A stretch of DNA of 62,930 bases, the filler included, from Octopus bimaculoides (Eukaryota): NCBI RefSeq assembly GCF_001194135.2. It is 9 parts of 7 records of this genome, joined end to end, with 100 filler letters (N's around TTAATTAATTAA, not from the genome) between each part and the next. Parts side by side here need not be neighbours in the genome. Positions count along the whole stretch, not along the records: positions 22,711 to 41,513 come from NC_068990.1; 8 more parts are not named here. One strand, written 5' to 3'. A program made the position numbers and the translations under genes. Positions 25,801-36,450 of the stretch are shown piece by piece. The number at the start of each line of letters is the position of its first letter. Position 1 is the stretch's first letter. The notes below the pieces were generated by a model, which was given only the letters and a program-made list of their open reading frames with translations, was not told the DNA's origin and did not search any database.

Positions 25801-26101
25801 TATTGTAGGTGCCCTTCGTATAATAAAAAAGGGGATGTCAGAAACATCTTGACAACATTCCAGGAGAACAATGTCTCAAAGAAATTCAAACGATTGTGCT
25901 GAGAAGTACTGCCCACATCCCTAGAAAAACCCTATCAATTTAGATGTCTGTGTTGTATTACATGGATATATTTCGCTACTGTCCTTGCCACTTCCCCTCC
26001 CCAAGATTACAGTCATACTGTAACATATCTTATCTTTCACTTGCCCTAGGGCGTTGGGTGTGTCTCGGCAAGTGATTGCAACAAACATGCACTTTAAAAG
26101 T
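22887..26101 (+). mobile_element. 5'-truncated R4/Dong-clade non-LTR retrotransposon (RT, CCHC zinc knuckle, restriction-like endonuclease), degraded and interrupted
   Basis: WKTPG...PNFWL; NYRPITCFNTTYKILT; AWIDYRKAFVSVPHNWL; GIFQGDSLS; HLFYMDDLKLFA; YKYLGI; HHPKADVDRLCLPRSNGRRG; KCRFC...ETIDHLVSGC; NRPDII...IDISVP...KLSKYKDLEIEI...TVPIIVGAL; STAHI. The 3' UTR ends in (CAA)n(TAA)n at 26102-26128. Confidence 0.9.
24551..25360 (-). mobile_element. RTE-clade LINE fragment nested in the R4/Dong element
   Basis: Minus strand gives DDIALLGATKNVIRTMTERLEREAARIALRISAKK and KTKVRLFNSIVIPSAIYAAET...QCLRRILQMSYQDH. It has a (TAAGAC)3 tail and flanking ATGGT direct repeats at 24546-24550 and 25361-25365. 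Confidence 0.85.
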
Positions 26102-26129
26102 AAACAACAACAACAACAATAATAATAAT

Positions 26130-26324
26130 CTTTTCTATTATAGGCACAAGGCCTGGAATTTGAGGGAGTGCGATAGTCTATTACCTGTGCCCCAGAATTC
26201 AACTGATACTTATTTTATCGACCCCGAAAAGATAAAAGGCAAAGTCGACCTCAGAACTCAGAAAGTAAAGACGGACGAAATGCTTTTTGCTCGGCGTGCT
26301 AACGATTTTGCCAGCTCGCCGCCT
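26130..26324 (-). mobile_element. SINE family D
   Basis: Minus head aggcggcgagctggcaaaatcgttagcacgccgagc; homologous to 32650-32860 (+) and 61285-61479 (-). Confidence 0.75.
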
Positions 26325-26325
26325 C

Positions 26326-26413
<88 letters not shown>

Positions 26414-26945
26414 GGAAAACAAGAAAAATAATGACAGGATCTAGAATGCACCACCCAAAATCTGACATAGAAAGGCTATATATACAACGTACAGAAGGTG
26501 GTAGAGGCCTTATACAGCTGGAAAACTATTATAAAATAACCACCATAAGACTGCAAAAATACCTACTTCAGATGCAAGGAAAACTAATACAAATTGACAC
26601 AAAACACGAGAAAAACAAAAAACTGTTTTCAGTATTTAAGGAAGCTGACAAATACAAACAAGAAATCAAACTACCTAATAAATATGAAGAAGAAGAAGAA
26701 GAAGAAGAAGAAGAAGAAGAAGAAGAAGAAGAAGAAGAAGAAGAAGANNNNNNNNNNNNNNNNNNNNNNNNNNNNNNNNNNNNNNNNNNNNNNNNNNNNN
26801 NNNNNNNAGGAGGAGGAGGAGGAGGAGGAGGAGGAGGAGAAGAAGAAGAAGAAGAAGAAGAAGAAGAAGAAGAAGAAGAAGAAAAAGAAGAAGCTATAAA
26901 ACAAATGAAATGCAAACTACAACTAGAACAGCAACGGACCATGAA
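26414..26945 (+). mobile_element. Second R4/Dong-like fragment with an internal (GAA)n/(GGA)n expansion
   Basis: RKTRKIMTGSRMHHPKSDIERLYIQRTEGGRGLIQLE starts immediately after (AAT)n 26326-26413. It is homologous to the 24050-24130 region of the first element. Confidence 0.85.
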
Positions 26946-27399
26946 TTTCCGGAGTAGCACTGCTACGCAGCTACCCGCTCCCGATAGACCACAAGATGAG
27001 AGTACCTCGTAGTCCTCGAAAATGAATACTAGATCCTTGTTTCACTAATGGCAGTCACATGTAAATCAAGCGACCAAAGATCATTGAGTTACCTTGCTTC
27101 CAAACTGATCCCAGACCACTCACATTCACACACCTCATTCTAAGCACAATCATGATAGTCGGTGAAAAACAAAAAGAGGAAGTTACGACCTTAATTTTCG
27201 AGAAGCCCGGAAATTCCGGGCCTCTCTACTAGCGAAAAGTTTTAAAGGGCCCTTCCGACAACCTTTTATCAACTGATTTTTTTAATTTCCACACTACATG
27301 GGAATTTGTTTCTTATTGTTTTAATTGAAGGTCTGTCCTTGGAAGTTTTGAGGATGAAATCCTCAAATTCCTTTCCCTCTGTCTCTATTTTGTTTTTGT

Positions 27400-28580
27400 T
27401 TTGACTTACAAAATCCATCAATTTACTGTTGTACTTGTTCACAACAGTGAAATTGATGGATACATTTCGTCTACAGTCTGATGAATATTCTTGTTTTTAA
27501 AGTTCTGTAATTGATTGTTTCTATGTTTCTGTGATTTCATGCTGTTGTTGATGATGTCGCTGTTTTTGAAGTTGTTCTTGTTCTTGTTTTTGTTGGAGTC
27601 GTTGTGAATTGTTTTGCTGTTGTGGTTTCAGAATATGCTGTTGGTGATTTCTTGTAGTAGACCTATGTTCTCTCCTCCTCTTTCGCCTACCCACTGTTGT
27701 CACTGTAATCCATTGATCATTCAACTTTTCTTTCTCCATGTCACTGGAGTTGATGTTGGTTTGAGAGGTAGAGCATTCACAAGAGGCTTGCTTTTTCTGT
27801 GGCAACTGGAGGTAGACTCCTTCTTTGTCTTGGTTTTGGAGTGGGTGTGTGCGTGGTTGTGAGTGTAGGTATAGGAGTTATGAGCACTTGTTCATGGTTT
27901 TGTGTTTGTAGTGTTTGTAGTGTTGGCATCAGTAGGAGTTTATTTTTTCTTATTTCAGGGCAGAAAGCCCTTAAGTGAGTTTACAAATCCATGTATGTGA
28001 CATCTTGGTTACTACCCTCCACTAACACCGACAGGTGAGTACCATCCGGAGATCGATTAGATCGGGCATCTGGTCGATAGGGTCCTGCTTAGGTTGTAAT
28101 GTCAGTTCCATATCTATACCAGACCAGTTTTGCTTAGGTATTTTCTTGACCTCCAATATCGTCACTTCGTCTTCTTCTAGACCTGCCAGAACGGCCTCCA
28201 CTGACCAGGGGATGGATATTTCTGGTAGCACGTTCAACACTCTAATCTTGGCAAGACATTGGCCGCGATTGCTGGAGATTAAAAAGTTGTCATTCCTCAA
28301 ATGGTTGCGGAATTACACTTGGCTTCTTCCGTCCAAAATCTCACCTCAATAGTTCTAAACTTCTTTCCTCGAGTGATGTGGGTCTTTTATTCCCACATGC
28401 TCTCAGGAGCATTTTCCACCCGACGTGGCTTAACTCCGATGCTGCGGTATGTTCTCTATCACGTCGGATGGAAGGTTTAGAGCTACCCTTCTCCCATTCC
28501 TTTTTACAATTTTTCTTGCCATTTTAAAATCTTCTTCATCTATGGCGGAAATTTTCCATATTGCTCGCCGCAAACGCAAA
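27400..28580 (-). mobile_element. Degraded ORF1-like region of a non-LTR element (tentative)
   Basis: Broken minus-strand frames (MENSAIDEEDFKMARKIVKR...; AKIRVLNVLPEISIPWSVEAVLAGLE...; Q-rich tail) are coding-like, lack splice signals and match no recognised host gene. Confidence 0.35.
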
Positions 28581-29058
28581 AGAAGCGGAGGCGATAATCG
28601 CGTTTTTACGCTTCACTTCTTTCGTGTTGTTGTTGTTGTTGTCACTGCTGCTGCTGTTGTTGCTGCTGTTGTTGACACTGTTGTCGACAAGCTCTGATGT
28701 TGCTTAGAGACAAAACATTATTCACCTCGGTGACGTCAGTAAGTTTAGGCCGTTCGATATTCTTGTTCTCGTTTTTCCAACAAGGAACACGTTCCTTTGA
28801 TGAACATTATGATAGCTTCTTTATTAGCCATCTTTAATTGAATAATGATAGTAATTTTTTTTTTCTTTTTCGAAAGTTGTTATGATTCAAAACATATTGA
28901 TGCGCTGTCCAGACACTCTCAGAAATGCAATGGTAACAATAAAACACGGGGATAGAAGGCCATAAAGATTACAAACAATATTTCAGCTTACGGAGATACA
29001 AATTTCCGTGACTTTACAGTATGGCGGCCATAACAATAATAATAACAACAACAACACC

Positions 29059-29134
<76 letters not shown>

Positions 29135-29239
29135 TAACATTAAGACAAGGGTGAAGCGTCACCACAAAACTTTACTGTCAACAACCTGAGGGTGTCAATC
29201 AATTTTTTCTCAAAAAACAACCATCTTTAATCAGAAAGA

Positions 29240-29480
29240 GGATCATCATGCAACATGATAATACAAACCTTCATTCAGTGAAGATATCCAAAGAAAAGAT
29301 ACATTCATTTGACTGGGATGCTCTACCTCACCTCCCTGTCACCAGACCTACCTTCAAATATTTTTCTCTTCTAAAGATCCTGATTGTTTTTTGTTTTTTG
29401 TTTTTGTTTTTTGTTTTTGCCTTTTGCCTAAGGAATCAGGAAACATATTTCAAAGTGGGAAGATATTATTGCTAACGATT
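29240..29480 (+). mobile_element. Mariner transposase C-terminal remnant
   Basis: QHDNTNLHSVKISKEKIHSFDWDALPHLP corresponds to the mariner HDNARPH...GWEVLPHPPYSPDL motif. Confidence 0.65.
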
Positions 29481-29639
29481 GTGATTATGTTTTGAATGAA
29501 TAAACATATTTACGGTATGTTTTATGCAGATCTAAACTCATTACGTGAAATGTAACATTAGTTTTGGGTACCCCTAATATGTGTGTATGTATGATTTTCT
29601 TTGAGTTTTATTTAAGTTCTTGAAAGAGTTCAAGCCGGT

Positions 29640-29990
29640 TGCTAACAAAGCGACAAGACCTTTGAGTTAAGAGAGCTCCCAGTGTTTGTATGTGGTTTAG
29701 TTGGTGTGTTGGTTGAACTGTCAATGGATATACGCAAGTGTATGCATCTATTCACATAAGAATCTCTGATGGAGAATTTTGGGTATGTGTTGCAAATTTT
29801 CACTATGCCATGGATAGATTGGATTTGGAGAATCTGCTGTGTAAGTTTCCTTCGCTCTTTCTCTGTGAAAACTAGTATCTCTAGGTTTTTGTGCAAATGT
29901 TTTAATACATAACTTAATGCACCTATGATGATAGGTACAAATGAGAATTCATAGTCAGAGTACAAGAGCTATAAGTTCCGCATTAATTCG
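29640..29990 (-). mobile_element. RLE-type retrotransposon C-terminal fragment
   Basis: YEFSFVPIIIGALSYVLKHL...LQIQSIHGIVKICNTYPKF matches the (V/I)PIIxGALG...LQ...GT.KI end of RLE elements. Confidence 0.65.
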
Positions 29991-30653
29991 CCATAACTGT
30001 TCACTTTTTTGGTGGACTTTTGATGGTACATTCACATCCGCTGATCAGCTGACCTCTACAACAGTGCATTACTTTTGTTCCCTGCCCTACAGAAAAATAT
30101 TAGGTCTGTTATTTATACATGCATGTATGTATGTATTCATGTATGCATGCATGCATGTACCTATGTACGTATGTATTTATGTATTACATACATAAATACA
30201 TACATAAATGTATGTGTGCATGAATGTATGTATGTATGTATGTATGTATGTCTATACACATATACGCAGGTTTACATGCTCATTAGCACACTTGTATACA
30301 TACTCATGCTCACACACCTCTTGGTGATCTGAAGAATCTACCGTCGTTATTTGACATTTTACTCAACGCCAAAGTTAAACTCGTTTTTTTTTCATGTTGA
30401 CTACAAGATATGCTTTGTATATTTAAAACTTAGCAGCCGCATATATTTAACTATACATACGTATATCACTATAATGATTACAACTATGCACACAACATTA
30501 TATAGATTACATTTGCAGATTCTGCAGAAGACATCTATTTTACATCGACATAGAAACGAAAACATAAGATGCATACATACCTGTGTATGTATAAATATAT
30601 ACGTATATACGTATGACTGTATACATGTATGCATGTATATATACATGTGTGTT

Positions 30654-30713
<60 letters not shown>

Positions 30714-32649
30714 NNNNNNNNNNNNNNNNNNNNNNNNNNNNNNNNNNNNNNNNNNNNNNNNNNNNNNNNNNNNNNNNNNNNNNNNNNNNNNNNNNNNNNN
30801 NNNNNNNNNNNNNNNNNNNNNNNNNNNNNNNNNNNNNNNNNNNNNNNNNNNNNNNNNNNNNNNNNNNNNNNNNNNNNNNNNNNNNNNNNNNNNNNNNNNN
30901 NNNNNNNNNNNNNNNNNNNNNNNNNNNNNNNNNNNNNNNNNNNNNNNNNNNNNNNNNNNNNNNNNNNNNNNNNNNNNNNNNNNNNNNNNNNNNNNNNNNN
31001 NNNNNNNNNNNNNNNNNNNNNNNNNNNNNNNNNNNNNNNNNNNNNNNNNNNNNNNNNNNNNNNNNNNNNNNNNNNNNNNNNNNNNNNNNNNNNNNNNNNN
31101 NNNNNNNNNNNNNNNNNNNNNNNNNNNNNNNNNNNNNNNNNNNNNNNNNNNNNNNNNNNNNNNNNNNNNNNNNNNNNNNNNNNNNNNNNNNNNNNNNNNN
31201 NNNNNNNNNNNNNNNNNNNNNNNNNNNNNNNNNNNNNNNNNNNNNNNNNNNNNNNNNNNNNNNNNNNNNNNNNNNNNNNNNNNNNNNNNNNNNNNNNNNN
31301 NNNNNNNNNNNNNNNNNNNNNNNNNNNNNNNNNNNNNNNNNNNNNNNNNNNNNNNNNNNNNNNNNNNNNNNNNNNNNNNNNNNNNNNNNNNNNNNNNNNN
31401 NNNNNNNNNNNNNNNNNNNNNNNNNNNNNNNNNNNNNNNNNNNGTGGTGGTGGTTTTGGTGGTGGTGGTGGAGGTAGCTTTGGCGGCGGCGGCAGCAGTG
31501 TCGATGATGATGTTGATGATGATGATGATGACGGTGGTGGTGGTAAAGATGACGACGGTACATTATTTAAAGACATTTTGGGATGGCATCTTACATGCGA
31601 CAGGTACCAAGACCTTTGACGGGAGACAAGTCGCTAAGTTTGGATTGTCTCCACGATGGACTTTCTGTACATATGACATATTTATTCCCAGAAGTCTTTA
31701 CAGATAGGTTACTGCAACACACAGCAGAAAGGTTACCCAGATTTTGTGAACCAAAGAGTTTAGTAGAGCTTCTAAGTAAAGCTGTGAACAAGAGGGGCAT
31801 CACCGAAAATATAAGGCCTCCAAAATGAATTCACATTTCACCGGACTGGAGCGTCTGCTTTTCGCTTCTTGTGGAAGGGACGTATTTTGCTTGTCAGGCC
31901 GCTCATCTGATGCCAACATCCCATGGCAGGCTGAAATGAGAAGGCTTACATGATATTGTGACATCTACAGACAGTTCTTGATTCTCGTTTTTCTAGCAAG
32001 TTTCTCCACAGTTCGCTCTTTGACAAAACTAGAATTCTGAGTCAAGGGAAAACAGAGATTAGGGTTTGATATTAGAATGTTGTAAGGTGCTCACAGTTCG
32101 ATGCAAGCCGGATAGTTTGATCAATGTTATGTAAACTATTCTATATAGGGGAGTCCCTCTTCAATATGTGAATCATTCTCTAGAGTAGTGAATCATGACT
32201 GGTAAGCAGGAATGATGTCATTCTGGGACATACCCTAATAAGTGCACAAAAATCCTCAGAAACATTCCAAGAGGCATTCAGCCCAGGAAACTATGAATAA
32301 CTTCCAAAAACTGTTGCTCTGGCAGTACCATAGTGTTACCACAATGGAACTACAGTGGCACTATAGTGATAGTATCGTGGTACAACAGTGATACCTCTGT
32401 CGTCTGGCCGATTCACGAATTCAACACAAAAGGCGTATAGGTGGAGGTGTTAAAGTATCGAATATGCTCAACCATATTTTTTTCGACACTCTACACTCTG
32501 AGTTCAAATCCTGCTTACGTCAGCTTTGATTTTCACCTTTCTGGAGGTTGATAATGGAAAATTCTGGGGTCGATGGCATCGACTAACCACCGCCTCACAA
32601 TATTACTTACCTTGTGACTAGATCAGAAACCCTTATTATTATCATCGTC

Positions 32650-32860
32650 AAAGACGGCGAGGTGGAAGAATCGTTAGCACGCCGGACAAAATGCTTATTG
32701 ACATTTATTCCAGCTGTATATTCTGAGTTCAAATTCCACTGAGATCAACTTTGCCTTTCCACCTTTTAAGATTGATGAAATAAGTAATGGTTGAGCATTT
32801 GAGTCGATAAAATCGACTAGTCCCTTCCCTCAAAATTACAAGCCTTGTGACTTGAACAGA
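32650..32860 (+). mobile_element. SINE family D
   Basis: gacggcgaggtggaagaatcgttagcacgccggacaaaatgc...tctgagttcaaattccactgagatcaactttgcctttc, homologous to 26130-26324. Confidence 0.7.
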
Positions 32861-33271
32861 AGCCATCATTATCATCGTCATCCCCATCATCATTATCCTC
32901 ATCATCATAATCACCACCTCCGCCATTATTATCATCATTACTGTTCTTGTTATTCTTCATCATCTTATTTCCATTCTTATTTATTATTGTTGTTGTTGCT
33001 ATTGTTGATGTTGTTTTTGTTGTTCTAGATGTATGCGTGACAAGCGAAATGTTTCGTTTGTTTTTGCTCTTAAGATTTTTTCGTTTTTATTGGGGTATTT
33101 TTCTTAACTTCTTTGCGTTCTCTTATTTTCTCTTTTTTTTTTTGCTTCATAGTTCAGAAGTTCCATATTCTCTTTCTCCTTCCCCCCACTCTCTCTTTCT
33201 CTTCATATATATATATATATATCTTGTATCACTTAACTGTCTGGATGTTTTGTGTTCTTGTCCCATTCTTT

Positions 33272-33306
<35 letters not shown>

Positions 33307-34019
33307 GTATGTATGTATGTAGGTATGTATGTATGTATGTATGTAGATGTGCGCGGGCATCTCCTTAACCAGATTAACGAAACAATTTTGAGTGGCTTTA
33401 CAAATGTTTACTGCTTGAGACGTCATGTCAAGGGTACACAGATTTTCATAATTAACTAACTGCAAGCAAGATACCAAAGCTTCTCTCCACGTAAAGGCGG
33501 AATCACTTGGCAGGTAAAGTTACATGGGAAACTTGTTTCGTTACGATGTAACATCTACAGTGATAATGTTTGCCAGCCTCACGGCTCCCATTTCATTGTT
33601 TTAAAGTGACAGCTTGTTGATTTTCACGTATTGTTAACCGCCCTTTCTCTACGTACCTTTTTACAAATGAAGACAGCAACTAGTTTTATCGCCCTTGTGG
33701 CAATAAACGACAACATCACTATTATTGTTGCTGTTAGTTATTTGCGACGGAAGCAGCTCTAGCAGCGAATAGCAATCTTTATATCTAACTTAACGTAGAT
33801 GTACTTTAAGAACGTCATAATACAACAGTAGTTCTCTTAAGAAAGCATCTAGTGTAGATTTATTGTGTTGAAAGTCACAAAAGTATCAGTAACGGATGAA
33901 AGATGTTCAGGAATGGCCGTGAAACTGCTAGATCACGTATTTTCAGCGTATGCTCGTCATCAGCAGCGGTATCCACCATCACCGTCAAAATTCGTTATTA
34001 CTGATATATAGAAAAACAA

Positions 34020-34950
34020 TAACTAATCCATCACTGGTGTTGAAAAGATCTGGCGAGTCGCCGCACACTGTGGATCCATATTCTCAATGAAGCAATTTAA
34101 ATGAACGTTTTTCCTTCTACTCCTGAACCTATCCATGGCTTGAGATAGACAGGCCGTCGTCCCTATAGAGGGCTGATATACGTGGATAGATACGTCCTTT
34201 GTGAGTATCCATGTATAACCGGACGAGGTCGGCCATTTCAGCCCCTTCAAAGCTCCCCATAGAGACGTCGAACAATGGGTCGCCTTCTTTTTTCACCCAG
34301 AAAGAATCGACGTGGGCCAGAATTGACTTTATGGCATTCATGATAATTCTGATATCAAGTTCACTAATGCTGGTGTATTACTCAGCAAAAGTTAAAGACT
34401 TCAGGAGAGGTTTAGATATGAAAGGGTAGAAATCGACAATGTCGAACTGGGTGAATCTACAGGCTGATTTATTCTCGATACTGTGGAATCAGTCGACCAC
34501 GGCAGCGCTGGAGTTCCATTTGAGTCAACACTATAGCTCTTCTGATATTGGAGTTGATAGTATCGAGAATACGTTTACTAATAATACCTATCTCACATTT
34601 AGAGGGATTGATCAGCCTGCATTTTGGATTGGAGTGGAAGTTAGGCTTATGGTCCTTAAATATAATATGAGTGTGTGGGTCGCGTGGCGAGGCAGTCCAC
34701 GCGATCTTCTATATTAAGGTGGTTGGCTAGCTCATTTGCTTCTGTGTTTATGCTATTGTATATGGAATTACGGGTTTTCTTGTATGTTTCGGTGATGGCA
34801 CTTGTAAGAAGTCTTGAGTGTGTGGAAGTGTTCATTTCGTAAATATTCTTCGTTTTGTCTGCGAAGTTGTGTATGTTGGGTGATTGTTTGATGCTGGTCA
34901 TATAATCATTTAGGGATTTAAAGAAGGGGTTAAAATAATGCCGAAACATT
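34020..34950 (-). mobile_element. Neptune-type PLE reverse transcriptase segment (inverted relative to its endonuclease)
   Basis: ITETYKK...INTEANELANHL; LKDHKPNF...CRLINP; QFDIVDFYP; WVKKEGDPLFDVSMGSFEGAEMADLV; LYRDDGL. Confidence 0.85.
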
Positions 34951-34959
34951 ATCTTCTTT

Positions 34960-35792
34960 ACAATGTTCCATAGATCAGTCTCAAAGTTCTAGCATCAACA
35001 GACGTAAAAATGCACTCATACCACCCCCAATCCCAAACTACAACTTCCGAAACGCCACCATGTGCTCTCTAGAAGAATCTTGCCCCTTAAGTGCTGTTGT
35101 ATACAGAACCACACTTACACCATCCGATGGCATTATTAGGCATTATACGGGTATGACAGCTAATGATTTCAAGGGAAGATACTCCCAGCATATACGCTCG
35201 TTCAGATCCAGGGACAGAGAGAACCCTACTTCTTTGTCTCGATTTCTCTGGAGACTCCATGATCTCCGAAATGAAATATCCAGCATCAAGTAGACTATTG
35301 TCGACTGAACGCCACCTGCCAGCTCTGCCTCCACGCAAAGCTGCATATCTTCCAACAACCCGCAGTATCAATCAACAAAAAATACGATTTATCATATTAC
35401 TGTCACCAGAGGTATGCCTTTCTGGCAAATTTCAAACCTCTGACTGCCAACAACCCGGATATACCACCTTAGTACCAACTGCTACTAATCCCTTAAGCAG
35501 ACCGCCAATTACCAATCCCCAACGTTTACCAACCCCCATCGCATACCAATCCCCAACGCTTACCAATTCCCAATGCTTACCAATCCCTAAGGTTTGTTTT
35601 GCGCGTGTATACTCATGCACGCGTGAGTGCACATGTGCACACGCATGCGTGTGTGCGCGCACACTGGTATGCATGCGTTCATTCATGCGAATATACATAC
35701 ATATGTACATTTGAATGAATACACGTGTGTGCATGCGTGTATGTGTGTGCATATGTGCTTATGCGCGTGTATGAGTGCGCGTGTTTGTCCAA

Positions 35793-35841
<49 letters not shown>

Positions 35842-36245
35842 TGTGTGTGTGTGTGTGTGTTTGTGTGTGCAGACATGCGCGCCCATGTACAGATGCGCAC
35901 GCTCGCATCAATACACACATACACGCAAAACTACATGAGCGCGTCTGCACGCCCACACATAGAACTATATACTTGCACATGCCACCCCTTCCTATTTCTC
36001 CCCCAACAACCTGACCGATTTCCTATCCGCAACGTGGTCTATTTTCTGTCTCCTACGCGGTCAATTTTCTGTCCACCATGCGGTTTTTTCCAACTAACTG
36101 TTACCCATATACCAACATCAAGCCACGACACCGCGTGACCTTCCTCGACTAATCGAAGCCCACCTCATATTAATAACAATCAACTTCTGTCATTCAAATT
36201 TAAAATGGCTGACGACTAGCATCACGCTTGAAACTCAAGAATACC
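34960..36245 (+). mobile_element. PLE GIY-YIG endonuclease segment and 3' UTR
   Basis: YNFRNATMCSLEESCPLSAVVYRTT...RHYTGMTANDFKGRYSQHIRSF...PTSLSRFLW (CNCR..CPL / VIY / YIG.T / FK.RY..H..SF). The 3' UTR has short ttaccaatccccaacg-type repeats and a microsatellite. Confidence 0.75.
36206..36245 (+). ncRNA. Degenerate hammerhead-ribozyme-like motif at PLE 3' end
   Basis: TGG CTGACGA c tAGC atcac GCTt GAAA ctcaagaa TA CCA has the core order of a type I hammerhead, with mismatches in stems II and III. Confidence 0.35.
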
Positions 36246-36418
36246 AACAAATTTAAATCAAACCGTTTTGATCCATACATGTAACTCCCAATATATTTGT
36301 TGGGTTCCCTTGTTTCATTTGTCCATTCACTCGCATATATATAAAAGAAACTAAAGAAGGAAAATGCACACACTTTTCATAGTTTTAATATATTTTTCAG
36401 TATATTTATATTGTGTTT

Positions 36419-36450
36419 GCCGACCGTTTCGCTTTCGCTAATCATGACGT
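36419..36450 (-). ncRNA. Degenerate minimal hammerhead-ribozyme-like motif at the second PLE 3' end
   Basis: Minus strand: CATGATTA GC-GAAA-GC GAAAC G GTC ggc. It keeps a GNRA-capped stem II, GAAAC and a GUC triplet, but the CUGAUGA box is mutated and stem I is poor. Confidence 0.4.

Noticed and set aside
31591-31803. KLFGSQNLGNLS resembling FAM69A KLGDQGNLS
   Set aside because: The rest of the frame lacks FDKP and the AD.D.DG motif, and there is no suitable phase-0 donor.
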